Positions 26,631 through 36,246 are shown, counted from the first letter of the stretch. The stretch: DNA of 59,756 bases from Candidatus Bathyarchaeia archaeon (GCA_038817565.1 JAWAZO010000001.1:1-59756); one strand, 5' to 3'. Notes: a model not told the origin generated them from the letters alone. Numbers and translations: made by a program.

Positions 26631-26654
26631 GGCTGTTTTCAGCCTTTTATTTTT
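26631..26654 (+). terminator. Hairpin plus T-tract, plus-strand oriented
   Basis: GGCTG-TTTT-CAGCC followed by TTTTATTTTT. A T6 run also lies at 26606-26611. No annotated plus-strand gene is upstream. Confidence 0.3.
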
Positions 26655-26812
26655 AAAGGAGTTTTTCGCTTGTCGAATTTTTTGCAATTGTGATTGTTGA
26701 TGTTATTGGTTTTTTCATATTGCCGTTTTTGAAATAACCCTATAATTAATCGGTGGAGACGATGTTTGTTGAGGTTGGGGAAGGACTGGCAAGCCTAAAA
26801 GGGGTGTAATGG

Positions 26813-29056
26813 TTGTCTGTGGACTATTTTGGGAGAGATATAGAAATACTTGAAAGGACTGTTAATGGCAGAAAGGTTAGGGTTAGGTGGGACTGGGGAA
26901 ACTTTGAAAGCACCGAAGGATTTCCTGTTGATGATAACTTGATAAACTGGGTTATTGGGCAAGATCAAGCCCTAAACGAGTGTTTCCTATGTCTAGACGA
27001 GTGGGTTCACAAGCTGAAGTGGCTTGAGAAGACAAAATGGTATGAGAGTTGGAGCAGCCCAGACAAGCCAAAACCATCTGCAAAAACAGCCATAAGCCCA
27101 GGACCATACCTACTGCTCCTAGGCGACCCAGGAACAGGCAAGTCCCTTATTGGCAGGGCATTGGCTGAAAAGTTAACTCAAATCTACAAGGAGAGGGGCA
27201 TAAAACTTTTTGACGTTTTATGTTGGAAGAACCCAATATTGCCAAGCCAACCGAGAATTTCCATACATCCGGCTGGAGAGGGAAAGAAGATACTCCAGAG
27301 GGAGCAGTTGAAGGAGCTTAAGAGGAAGTTTGCCACGAAGGTTGGTTTGAAGGCTCTACAAATATTCCTCATAGTTATGGGCTTATTTTTGATGGGTTTG
27401 GGCTTCTATTTTATGTATCAAGCTTGGCAAATGTGGAACGAAAACCCGATTTATTTGGGTGAGCCATTACAAGAGTACTATAACTACAACTTTATGGACT
27501 ACTTTATAGGAAGGATTGTGAGCATAGTCCCTTTAACGTTTATTCCTGGTGGAAGCCTCATATTCTTCGGCGTTTTTATATGGTGGTTTTCTAGGATTGG
27601 AGGCTTGGGAGTCCTTAAGGGTATTGGCGGAGCACAACAAAGTGACATACCAAAACTCATAGTTGATAACAGCTCTGGACATGCACCCTTTGTTGACGCC
27701 ACCGGCCACAGAAGTGCCCAGCTATTCGGCTCAATAGCTTGGGACCCTTACCAGACCGGTGGTCTAGGCACTCCTGAGCATCAAAGGGTTACTGCTGGAG
27801 ACGTCCACAGAGCCTCGCTTGGCATACTATATATCGACGAGATTAAGAACTTGGACCCAGAAGAGGCAATAACGCTGTTAACAGTTCTTGAAGATGGGCA
27901 GTTGCCCATAACCATTCGGGGGCGTTGGCACGGCGGAGACACAGCAGCTATGGCTGTTTCAACAGAACCTGTCCCAGCCCTAACCTTCCTTGTTGGTGCT
28001 GGAAATTTTGACAGCATAAACCAGATTCACCCAGCCTTAATGGATAGGATTTATGGTTATGGTAAAGTTGTTAGAATGAATAATGACATGCCAAACACTG
28101 TTGAGAATAGGCGGAAATATGTGCAATTCATAGCTCAAGAGATTAAGCGCTTTAACTTAATCCCCTTCAGCAGGGAGGCATGTGAAGAAATAGTTGAGGA
28201 AGGGAGAAGGCGCAGCAACAAAAGGGATGCATTAACGACACGTTTTAGACCATTAATTTCCATAATCAAAACTGCAGCTACACTTGCAATGAATGAAGGA
28301 TGCAAAATTGTTGAGAGAAGGCATGTCCGAGAAGCCATAGAAAACCATTGCAAAACCATACAGAGGCAAATACTTGAACACGAGATGAACGAAAGGGGAA
28401 AACTTTTAGAAATAAAGCCTGAAGGCGTCAAACTGGGGCAAATCTACGGCTTAGCGGTTGTTAAAGACCCCTATAGTGGGGAGATGACTGGCAGTGTGCT
28501 CTGCGTGAGGGCCACTATGGTTAAGCGCAGCGAACTTCCCAGAAACTATCCGATTAAAGGCTATTACAAAGTGACTGGTGTAGCCAAAGGCCAGAGCTTC
28601 ATAGCTGACAGCATAGCTAAAGTTAGAAGCGTCATCCTTCAAAAGTATGGTATAGACATAGCCCAAGACTACTTGACACACATAGACTTTGCCCAGTCTT
28701 ATGGCGTTGATGGGCCATCAGCAGGTGTGACAATGGCAATATTATTATGCTCGCTTATTGAGGGTAAGCCCATAAGGCAAGACGTGGCGGTGACAGGCGA
28801 AATAAACCTAGGTGTGGGGGACACCATTCAAGTGACGGCTGTTGGAGGCGTTTATGAGAAGATTAAGGCTGCCGAGGCTTGGGGCTTCAAAAAGGTTGTA
28901 ATTCCAAAGAAGAATTACGACCACTCGATAGATATTAGGGACTACAAAATTGAGGTGGTGCCAGCCGCCACATTGGACGATTACTTAAAAGAGTGCCTAG
29001 TTGAAAAGCCAACCCTCAAGGTTTCAGTTCAAACCCGTAGAAGGCCAAAACAATAG
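26813..29056 (+). CDS. lonB: Archaeal membrane-bound Lon protease (LonB)
   Basis: Walker A GDPGTGKS. Two TM helices inserted in the AAA+ module. Walker B LYIDEI. Protease domain with DGPSAG. TTG start behind AGGGGTG. Confidence 0.9.
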   Translation: MSVDYFGRDIEILERTVNGRKVRVRWDWGNFESTEGFPVDDNLINWVIGQDQALNECFLCLDEWVHKLKWLEKTKWYESWSSPDKPKPSAKTAISPGPYLLLLGDPGTGKSLIGRALAEKLTQIYKERGIKLFDVLCWKNPILPSQPRISIHPAGEGKKILQREQLKELKRKFATKVGLKALQIFLIVMGLFLMGLGFYFMYQAWQMWNENPIYLGEPLQEYYNYNFMDYFIGRIVSIVPLTFIPGGSLIFFGVFIWWFSRIGGLGVLKGIGGAQQSDIPKLIVDNSSGHAPFVDATGHRSAQLFGSIAWDPYQTGGLGTPEHQRVTAGDVHRASLGILYIDEIKNLDPEEAITLLTVLEDGQLPITIRGRWHGGDTAAMAVSTEPVPALTFLVGAGNFDSINQIHPALMDRIYGYGKVVRMNNDMPNTVENRRKYVQFIAQEIKRFNLIPFSREACEEIVEEGRRRSNKRDALTTRFRPLISIIKTAATLAMNEGCKIVERRHVREAIENHCKTIQRQILEHEMNERGKLLEIKPEGVKLGQIYGLAVVKDPYSGEMTGSVLCVRATMVKRSELPRNYPIKGYYKVTGVAKGQSFIADSIAKVRSVILQKYGIDIAQDYLTHIDFAQSYGVDGPSAGVTMAILLCSLIEGKPIRQDVAVTGEINLGVGDTIQVTAVGGVYEKIKAAEAWGFKKVVIPKKNYDHSIDIRDYKIEVVPAATLDDYLKECLVEKPTLKVSVQTRRRPKQ

Positions 29057-29101
29057 TTTAAACTTTAAGAAACAGCTTTAACTCCATCGTCACATAATTT
29101 T

Positions 29102-29566
29102 GTGTTTGAAGTGAAGCTACTTATGGTTAGGGAAGTCGATAAAGAGGCTATTCGAAGATGGCGCAAGAGAGGCTTCTACAGCGAGAACGTTCTTGTTAAG
29201 CTCTTGCAGAAAAATGGTTATAATGCTGTTCGCATACCCGTCAGCAACCCAAGCCTAAACCCGCTGCCAGACGTTGTAGCCAGAAAGGGCTTGCATATCT
29301 ATGCCTTTGAAGTTAAAAACGCTGGTTATTACGCTTATTTTCCAAAGCAACAAATAGAGAAACTCTTCAGATTCCTAGATGAACTTATACCATTAGACAA
29401 GGAGTATAAACATGCCATTGTTGCGGCTCACCTAGGCAAGAAGTGGATTTTTAAAGAGATAAGGTGGGCTGACTGGGAAGCCGACAAAATTCCAGAAAAG
29501 GTGCGCATCCTCAAACGCGACAAAGGAAACTTCCATTTACAAAACGAGAGAGCGAAACAAATTTAA
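29102..29566 (+). CDS. hjc: Holliday junction resolvase Hjc
   Basis: GYNAVRIPVSNPSLNPLPDVVARKG...YAFEVKN, i.e. the PD...E-x-K nuclease motif in Hjc context. An alternative ATG lies at 29123. Confidence 0.75.
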   Translation: MFEVKLLMVREVDKEAIRRWRKRGFYSENVLVKLLQKNGYNAVRIPVSNPSLNPLPDVVARKGLHIYAFEVKNAGYYAYFPKQQIEKLFRFLDELIPLDKEYKHAIVAAHLGKKWIFKEIRWADWEADKIPEKVRILKRDKGNFHLQNERAKQI

Positions 29567-29611
29567 AATTTTGACTAAATTTTCAAAATACTTGAAGGGA
29601 GGAGCCCAGCC

Positions 29612-29884
29612 TTGACAAGCCCCATTAAAGGGGTTATCGTCAACTATAGGGTTGGACCAAAAACTCAGAGGTCAAAGGAGTGCATAATCCAGTTCGCCCA
29701 CGCAAGAAATGTTTCAGAAGCTAGCAGATTAATCGGGCGGAAAGTAGCTTGGAAAACAAGTAAAAACGACAAGATTATAGGTAAAATTGTAGCTTTGCAC
29801 GGAAAAAAGGGTTTAGTCAGAGCAAGATTTAGAAGAGGCTTACCAGGTCAAGCGCTCGGAACAGTTGTTGAGTTAATTGGCTAA
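29612..29884 (+). CDS. rpl35ae: 50S ribosomal protein L35Ae (eL33)
   Basis: GVIVNYRVGPKTQ...IGRKVAWKT...GKIVALHGKKGLVRARFRRGLPGQALG. TTG start about 10 nt after GGGAGG. Confidence 0.85.
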   Translation: MTSPIKGVIVNYRVGPKTQRSKECIIQFAHARNVSEASRLIGRKVAWKTSKNDKIIGKIVALHGKKGLVRARFRRGLPGQALGTVVELIG

Positions 29885-30173
29885 ACATTATTTTTAACAG
29901 CTTTTCGAATTTCTTTAATTTTAGAAAGATGAAATAAACAAATTTAACTAAAATTTTTACTCTTTTCATGTCTAAAACAAAAAAGTTATCATCATTTTAT
30001 CATTTTAAAAGAAATTATTAGTTGAAAATGACGCAAACAAATAAAAAAATAACTGAACTTTATGAGTGTTTAAAAAATTTTCTGCGACTTTATGCTAATT
30101 CCGAAAGGGCGTCATAGAAACTATAATAAAGTCCCTTATTCAAAATTTGATGGCATTGTAAAGGGATCTTGGA

Positions 30174-31469
30174 ATGTTGGAAAGTTATGTTTCAAAAACT
30201 CCGAAGTCTAGGGAATTGTATGAGCGGGCCAAGAAAGTTCTTCCAGCAGGAGTTTCCTATGGAATTCGCTTTTTTGAGCCTTACCCATTTTATACAGCTA
30301 GAGCCAAGGGAAGCAAGCTTTATGATGTTGACGGAAACGAATACGTTGACTATTGGATGGGGCATGGCACCCACATACTTGGACACAGCCCACCGATGGT
30401 TGTGGAGGCCGTTAAAAGGCAGGTGGAAAACGGCACCCATTATGGGACATCCCATGAGCTTGAAGTGGCACTTGCCGAGCAAGTCGTGAAAATGGTGCCC
30501 AGCGCCGAGATGGTGCGCTTCACCAACTCTGGAACGGAGGCCAATATGTACGCCGTACGTTTGGCAAGAGCCTACACGGGAAAAAGCAAAATAATAAAAT
30601 TTGAGGGCGGATGGCACGGAGGATACGACGCGCTCCACGTGGGCGTGAAATATCCTTTCGATATTCCAGAATCTGCTGGGCTGACGGCTGGTGCAACACA
30701 AGACACGTTGCTGGCTGTCTTCAACAGCATTGAAGATGTGAAGATAAAAGCCCGAAGAGAATCTGTGGCGGCGATCATAATCGAGCCAGTTTTGGGCGCT
30801 GGGGGATGCATCCCAGCGGAAAGAGAATTTCTTAAGGGTTTGAGGGAAATCTGCGATGAAAGGGGTATACTTCTAATTTATGATGAGGTTATCACCGGGT
30901 TTAGACTTGCACCAGGAGGAGCCCAACAATATTACGGTGTTTTACCAGACATAACAGTTTTTGGAAAAATATTGGGCGGAGGCTTCCCTGTTGGCGCTTT
31001 TTGTGGAAGACGGGAAATTATGGAGCGCCTAAATTCGCTTGTTTATGAGCGCCCCAATTACTCATTTCATGGCGGGACATTCTGTGCAAACCCAATTACA
31101 ATGGCGGCTGGACTGGCGACACTGAAAGCCCTCGAAGACGGAAGCATTATATCAAGGCTGAACAGTGCGGGCGAAAAAGTTAGGGAAACGTTAAAAGAGA
31201 TATTTGAAGTTAAAGGTGTGAACGTTCAAGTCACCGGGGCTGGCTCCATATTCGCCACTCACTTCACAAACAAAACGGTTAGGAACGCCAGAGATGCCTC
31301 TGAGGCGGATAAAAAAAGGCTTGCAGAATACCACCTAAACTTAATTGCAAAGGGAGTATTCTTCCTTCCAACACATTTCGGGTCAATAAGCGCAGCCCAC
31401 ACAGAAACAGACATCGAAAAACTTTTCCAAGCAACAGAGGATTACGTCAAAGCCATTGGCGCGACCTAA
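30174..31469 (+). CDS. hemL: Glutamate-1-semialdehyde 2,1-aminomutase-like class III aminotransferase
   Basis: 431 aa, NSGTEANMYAVRLARAYTGK..IIKFEGGWHG, PLP-lysine context VFGKILGGGFPVGAF. No other heme genes are in the window, so the substrate assignment is tentative. Confidence 0.7.
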   Translation: MLESYVSKTPKSRELYERAKKVLPAGVSYGIRFFEPYPFYTARAKGSKLYDVDGNEYVDYWMGHGTHILGHSPPMVVEAVKRQVENGTHYGTSHELEVALAEQVVKMVPSAEMVRFTNSGTEANMYAVRLARAYTGKSKIIKFEGGWHGGYDALHVGVKYPFDIPESAGLTAGATQDTLLAVFNSIEDVKIKARRESVAAIIIEPVLGAGGCIPAEREFLKGLREICDERGILLIYDEVITGFRLAPGGAQQYYGVLPDITVFGKILGGGFPVGAFCGRREIMERLNSLVYERPNYSFHGGTFCANPITMAAGLATLKALEDGSIISRLNSAGEKVRETLKEIFEVKGVNVQVTGAGSIFATHFTNKTVRNARDASEADKKRLAEYHLNLIAKGVFFLPTHFGSISAAHTETDIEKLFQATEDYVKAIGAT

Positions 31470-31472
31470 CAG

Positions 31473-32123
31473 TTAGCCTCTAGCCTTCAGTAGAGCCTCA
31501 GCCTTTTTTAGGTCTAAAGGTGTGTTAACATTAAAGAACATTTTAAGCTTGGGATCAAACTGTTGGAAAACAAGGGTTGAAACATAACGTATATTTCGCA
31601 ACCTCTCAACCATGGAACGCAAGTCCAACTTCGCCTCCTTTAAGGTGGCTTCAGTAGCTTCTAAAGCTGGCTTAACACGATAAGCCGCATGTAAAGGCTC
31701 TATGTAACCGTTTGGCCAGCGGGGAACAACTGCGTTCTTCCCCATGCACAGTTCCAGAATAAGTGATAAAATTTCCCTCGAAACTAGTGGCGTGTCGCAT
31801 GGAAGCAGAAGCGCATACTCACCACGCGCCTCTTTAAAACCTGTTAATGCGCCAACGAGGGGGCTCTGAAACTTACTTTGGTCAATGGCTATTTTGACGT
31901 CTAACTTTAAGATTTTCGTAATTTTTTCGGCCTGCTTCTCTGAGCTTACAACAATAATTTTCTCTTCAACAATGTTGTCCAAAGCATCTAAAACGTGCAT
32001 TATTAGGGGCTTGCCTGCCAGCGGGGCTAATCCCTTATCATAGCCAAATCTTTTGGATGCGCCTCCAGCTAGTACTATTGCCGAATTATCCAATTGTTGA
32101 TGCTTTCCTAATGATTTTTGCAT
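31473..32123 (-). CDS. mobA: Molybdenum cofactor guanylyltransferase MobA-like
   Basis: LAGGASKRFGYDKGL, LLLPCDTP, FFNVNTPLDL. Confidence 0.8.
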   Translation of the reverse strand: MQKSLGKHQQLDNSAIVLAGGASKRFGYDKGLAPLAGKPLIMHVLDALDNIVEEKIIVVSSEKQAEKITKILKLDVKIAIDQSKFQSPLVGALTGFKEARGEYALLLPCDTPLVSREILSLILELCMGKNAVVPRWPNGYIEPLHAAYRVKPALEATEATLKEAKLDLRSMVERLRNIRYVSTLVFQQFDPKLKMFFNVNTPLDLKKAEALLKARG

Positions 32124-32248
32124 ATAAAATATCTTGGGCTTCTATAAGCCTTTTCTGTTATAACATTTGAGGAAAAAGTTTGGAATATTTCGAAAGTAGA
32201 ATATAGGCTATACGTATGGCTTCTAGAACTTGTTAAGAGGAGCTTGCG

Positions 32249-32368
32249 ATGAACTCAGAAATCAAGGAGTTGAATAGGATAATATGCAAGCAATGTGACG
32301 AGAGAGAATATGAAAAGTGTAAAAACTGCAGAGTGTACCAATTAGTGAATAAGCTCGTGGCACAATAG
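32249..32368 (+). CDS. Candidate 39-aa zinc-ribbon miniprotein (not in the ORF track)
   Basis: ATG preceded by AAGAGGAG. MNSEIKELNRIICKQCDEREYEKCKNCRVYQLVNKLVAQ contains CxxC-x7-CxxC. Confidence 0.3.
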   Translation: MNSEIKELNRIICKQCDEREYEKCKNCRVYQLVNKLVAQ

Positions 32369-32379
32369 ACTACCTTAAT

Positions 32380-33153
32380 CTACATCCTATCTATTTTGGC
32401 TGCCATTTCGCCTAGAATCTTTGTAAAGGGATGGTCTGGCTTTTCGTGAACAAAGATTATTTTTCCCTCAGCCCTTGAAATGTCGCAGAAGCATGGAATA
32501 ACTCCTAAGAGCGGGGCCTGGTAGGTTTCCTTAACTAAATCTTGCAGCTTCTCCTTTCCAGACCTTAGGGAATCGTCATATAATATTTTGTTTAGCACGA
32601 TCTCTGTTTTCTTTTCAAAGAGGTCGTAAAGTTCCCGAAGCATCCGTCTTGTCCCTTCAACATCTGAGTTGTCAAGAGTTGACGCTACTATGACGACGTC
32701 AGCGCTTACAATAGCATTTATTGAAGAATACTGAAGACCTGGACTCGTGTCGAAGACTATGTAGTCGAAGCCTTTGGCGTCTAAGAGTGTGTTTCTAAGG
32801 GAGAGCAGTCTCCCAAGGGCTCGCATCTCCCACTTCCTATCTTTTGATGACATGTCTCTTATGGCTTCAACTGACGGGTTGGCTAAGCCCACAAAAAATT
32901 TTCCTGTGTTGGCTATTTTTCCGCTTAGGTCAATTAAGACTTTTTCAATTTCGCAAACTCCGTTGAGGTAGTCGTTAAGCCAATACTCAACCTTCTCCAC
33001 CTTTAATAGGGGGGCTAGGCTTGGTGCCCTAAAATCCAAGTCTAGGAGGGACACCTTTTTACCTTGCTTAGCAAAGGTAACAGCCAAATTTATTGAGAGG
33101 AGGGTTTTCCCCGTTCCACCTTTATATGAGTGGATTGCTACAATCTTGCCCAA
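32380..33153 (-). CDS. ParA/MinD-family P-loop ATPase
   Basis: Deviant Walker A YKGGTGKT and Walker B DYIVFDTSPG. Confidence 0.8.
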   Translation of the reverse strand: MGKIVAIHSYKGGTGKTLLSINLAVTFAKQGKKVSLLDLDFRAPSLAPLLKVEKVEYWLNDYLNGVCEIEKVLIDLSGKIANTGKFFVGLANPSVEAIRDMSSKDRKWEMRALGRLLSLRNTLLDAKGFDYIVFDTSPGLQYSSINAIVSADVVIVASTLDNSDVEGTRRMLRELYDLFEKKTEIVLNKILYDDSLRSGKEKLQDLVKETYQAPLLGVIPCFCDISRAEGKIIFVHEKPDHPFTKILGEMAAKIDRM

Positions 33154-33159
33154 GGCTTT

Positions 33160-33537
33160 TCACCCCTGACTCTCCTTCTCCACATAAAAGTAGGCTTTCC
33201 GCCCCTTCCGCTCCTTTTTAAGATATCCCATAATAACAAGCTGGTTCAAGTAGGCGCTTTCCACAGCCCTTGCCCTGCGGGTTTGCTGGGCAACTTCGTC
33301 GGCTGTTGCACGACCAAGTCTACAAACAGTCATGGCGGTCTTCCTTAGGTGGTCTGGCATGGAGAGAAGAGTCATAACGTCCAACGGAGCTTCTTGTGGA
33401 ATTGTCTGTATGTCCCTTCTTCCATGTTTCTGTAATTCTATCATTATCTCCATTTTTTCGTTAAGTCTTTCAAGGTTTTCCCTTATCTTCTCTAGGATTT
33501 GTAGGGGCTTCTTTCCCAGAATCTCTTGGTTGGACAC
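33160..33537 (-). CDS. Coiled-coil plus winged-helix DNA-binding protein (upstream partner of the ParA/MinD gene)
   Basis: C-terminal wHTH RKTAMTVCRLGRATADEVAQQTRRARAVESAYLNQLVIMGYLKKERKGRKAYFY. A 6-nt gap separates it from the ATPase gene. Confidence 0.6.
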   Translation of the reverse strand: MSNQEILGKKPLQILEKIRENLERLNEKMEIMIELQKHGRRDIQTIPQEAPLDVMTLLSMPDHLRKTAMTVCRLGRATADEVAQQTRRARAVESAYLNQLVIMGYLKKERKGRKAYFYVEKESQG

Positions 33538-33720
33538 TGTGGTTTCCCCGTTGTGTTTTACGCGTGTACATATGGTAGTGGGGAAAAGAGTTTATTAAGT
33601 CTTACGAAACACTCATAATGATTCACAAACAGACATAAACCTACAAAACCAAAATACCTAGAACAAAAGTTAAAGCTAACAAAAATTAGAAATACGAAAA
33701 TTCAGATAGGAGAAAACTGG

Positions 33721-34017
33721 CTAATATGGTATTGGAGCCTTATTTCTGGCTTCTTCCACTATTGGCAAAACCTGTTTAAGCTCTTTAAAGTGTTTGAGAA
33801 CAGTTATGCCCCTCTGAGTTATGGCGTAAACAACCCTCCGCTTGCCAATGGTTCTCTCCTCAACAAGGTTCTGTTTCATTAAGAAGTCCAAATACTCCTT
33901 CAAAACGCTGCAGTTAACATTAGCCTTATACATGATATGCGTCAGTTTTAACGGACCACGATGAGCCAACACCTTAAGGATGTCGATATACATTTCAAGC
34001 TTGGAGCGCCTCATCAT
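33721..34017 (-). CDS. Small winged-helix transcriptional regulator
   Basis: YIDILKVLAHRGPLKLTHIMYKANVNCSVLKEYLDFLMKQNLVEE....RVVYAITQRG. Confidence 0.65.
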   Translation of the reverse strand: MMRRSKLEMYIDILKVLAHRGPLKLTHIMYKANVNCSVLKEYLDFLMKQNLVEERTIGKRRVVYAITQRGITVLKHFKELKQVLPIVEEARNKAPIPY

Positions 34018-34099
34018 CCAAACCTCGTTGCCATATTTCCCAAATTTTATATAAAGCTTTTATGGATTCAAACTAAGTCTTTCGCCTATTTAGTCTCCA

Positions 34100-34282
34100 T
34101 TAGTAGCTTCTTTTCGCTTGTACACGCATTAACACGTTTATTCTATTTTGGAACGCCGTGACTAAGTCATCTATCAATATTTTTTGAAAATCTGTTGAGA
34201 GATCCTTAATGTTATCCTTGAGAGCCCTAACCATTTTAGCTTTTATTTCCCTTCTTTGTTTGGGGGTTAACTCTTTCCTCAA
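34100..34282 (-). CDS. Small basic helical protein, unknown function
   Basis: 60 aa. TTG start 7 nt after GGAGG (34290-34294). The conserved 36-nt motif lies upstream. Confidence 0.4.
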   Translation of the reverse strand: MRKELTPKQRREIKAKMVRALKDNIKDLSTDFQKILIDDLVTAFQNRINVLMRVQAKRSY

Positions 34283-34332
34283 GGTTTTTCCTCCAATTCA
34301 CGTACCAAAATAAGTTAAGCATATTTAACTAA

Positions 34333-34368
34333 CTTATGAACCGTCAATCTATATTCAAAATTCAGATT
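34333..34368. repeat. Copy A of a 36-nt conserved promoter-region motif
   Basis: CTTATGAACCGTCAATCTATATTCAAAATTCAGATT. 29/36 identical, with the same internal spacing, to 39455-39490. Confidence 0.85.
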
Positions 34369-34443
34369 TGCCTCCCGAAAGAAGAGCATAAAACAGTTTC
34401 TCATATAAACATCTCTTAGATGGTAGCGTGCTGGGGTTAGGTC

Positions 34444-34848
34444 ATGCACTGTTTTTCTAAAGGTCTTATGGAGACTTTATTGGTTTTGGCTAAGGCTGTT
34501 TTTTACTCGTATGGTTTTTTGTGGACTCTTATACCAAGAAGGGTTTATTCTATGACCGATGTCCTTGAGCTTTTCTATTACGATTTTTTGAGATTAAATA
34601 GATCGGATGTTGAAGTTGTGAAGCTTGATGGGAAAGAGCTTGTAACACGTTGTAGAAATCCATGTCCTATTCTTTGGCTTTCGCTGCGCCTTAACCTTGA
34701 TACTAGAAGGGTCTGTAGGGAGGTTTCCGAACCTGTTTGTAGATATGTTTTAAAAAAGATGAGTAGGGCTTTGGTTTTCGAAAGAAACTATGATTACATT
34801 AGACCTTACAAGGAAGTTTGTGAGGAGCGCATATACTTAAGGCAATAG
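34444..34848 (+). CDS. Hypothetical Cys-containing protein
   Basis: 134-aa ORF with several conserved-looking Cys (TRCRNPCP, RRVCREVSEPVC). No family assigned with confidence and the start is uncertain. Confidence 0.4.
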   Translation: MHCFSKGLMETLLVLAKAVFYSYGFLWTLIPRRVYSMTDVLELFYYDFLRLNRSDVEVVKLDGKELVTRCRNPCPILWLSLRLNLDTRRVCREVSEPVCRYVLKKMSRALVFERNYDYIRPYKEVCEERIYLRQ

Positions 34849-34854
34849 GCATGA

Positions 34855-36246
34855 CTATAAGTGGAGTAGATGGCTTTTCAGGTAGTTTGTTGTCGTTTTT
34901 ATGGCGCTTTTTATAATGTGGAACTGTTTTTGTTTGATCCATTTCCAAAGCATTTTAGGCCTCATGTAGAATGTTAGGTAGGCCTTCTCGAAGAGGGATT
35001 GTAGCTGCTTTATAGTTAGGTTCTTCAACTTCATTACTGGTTCTACAGCATTGAATTTAGACCAGTCGCTTGTTAACAGCATACCGTTTTCCTTTGCGTA
35101 TTCGTAGATGGGCGTTCCCGGATAAGGAGTTAAAATTGAGAACTGTGCATAATCTAGGTCGAGCTTTTTTGCGAAGGTTATTGTCTGCTCAGCTGTTTCA
35201 ATGGTCTCTTCAGGGAAACCGAGGATAAAGGATCCTAGAATTTGGATTCCTGCTTCCTTTAAAGTTTTAACAGCCTTCACAATTTGGCTTATGGTTATTT
35301 TCTTCCCCATGCTGTTCAGAATTTCCTGGGACGCTGACTCTATGCCCAAATATACTATCCAGCATCCAGCCCTCCTCATTTTCTCAGCCAGCCTCTTGTT
35401 AATAGTGTCAACTCTTGAGGAGGCTCCCCATGAAATGTCGAGGCCTTCCCTTAAAATTTCATCACAAATTTCTTCAGCCCTTTTAATGTTCAATGTGAAG
35501 GTGTCATCAACAAACTCTATGTTTTTGATCTTGAACTCATCATGTATAAGCTTGATTTCTTCAACCACGTTTTTGGGGCTTCTGCCACGCCAGCACCCTC
35601 CAAAAAGGTGTGATGAGGCACAGAAAGAACATTTAAATGGGCAACCTCTGCTGCTTGTTATGGGCATATATCTAACCCGTTGGAGTTCATATCGCCATAT
35701 TGGGAGCATGTCAAAGCTTGGGAAGGGAATTTTATCCAAATCCCTAATAAAGGGCCTTGGTTTTGTCACAACTACTTTATCATTTTTTCTATAGGCTATG
35801 CCTCTAACATTCTCCAAGGGTGTTCCATGATCTATTGCCTTGACAAGTTCCTGGAAAGTTTCTTCACCCTCGCCTTGAACAATAACGTCAACGCTCTTAC
35901 ACTCTGTAAGTGCTTCTTCGGGGAGAAATGTTACGTGGGGGCCTCCAATAACAACAATACAGTCGTCCCTCACACTTTTGGCGGCTTCAGCAACCCTATA
36001 GGCTTCATAAATTGATGGTGTCGTGGAGGTTATACCAACAACGTCAGGGTAGAAATTTTTAAGCTCCCTTCTAATATCATCGAGGCCATAGTTTATAGCA
36101 TTTGAGTCAATAATCCTAACTTCATGCTCATTCCTAATCATGGAAGCCAAATAAGCTAAACCTATAGGGGGAGAACTCACCCCAACAACAGACTTAACTG
36201 CTGACTTGTAAGGCGGAGAGATGAGGCAAACTCTCACTTTAACCAC
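34855..36246 (-). CDS. B12-binding-domain radical SAM enzyme (class B)
   Basis: N-terminal Rossmann-like B12 module (DVVGITSTT, VVIGGPH). Radical SAM cluster motif GCPFKCSFC (CxxxCxxC). Confidence 0.85.
   Translation of the reverse strand: MVKVRVCLISPPYKSAVKSVVGVSSPPIGLAYLASMIRNEHEVRIIDSNAINYGLDDIRRELKNFYPDVVGITSTTPSIYEAYRVAEAAKSVRDDCIVVIGGPHVTFLPEEALTECKSVDVIVQGEGEETFQELVKAIDHGTPLENVRGIAYRKNDKVVVTKPRPFIRDLDKIPFPSFDMLPIWRYELQRVRYMPITSSRGCPFKCSFCASSHLFGGCWRGRSPKNVVEEIKLIHDEFKIKNIEFVDDTFTLNIKRAEEICDEILREGLDISWGASSRVDTINKRLAEKMRRAGCWIVYLGIESASQEILNSMGKKITISQIVKAVKTLKEAGIQILGSFILGFPEETIETAEQTITFAKKLDLDYAQFSILTPYPGTPIYEYAKENGMLLTSDWSKFNAVEPVMKLKNLTIKQLQSLFEKAYLTFYMRPKMLWKWIKQKQFHIIKSAIKTTTNYLKSHLLHL

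Noticed and set aside
25959-30173. Replication origin in either large AT-rich gap (25959-26812 or 29885-30173)
   Set aside because: No ORB or mini-ORB-like dyads (TTCCA...GGAA type) and no orc1/cdc6 gene nearby.
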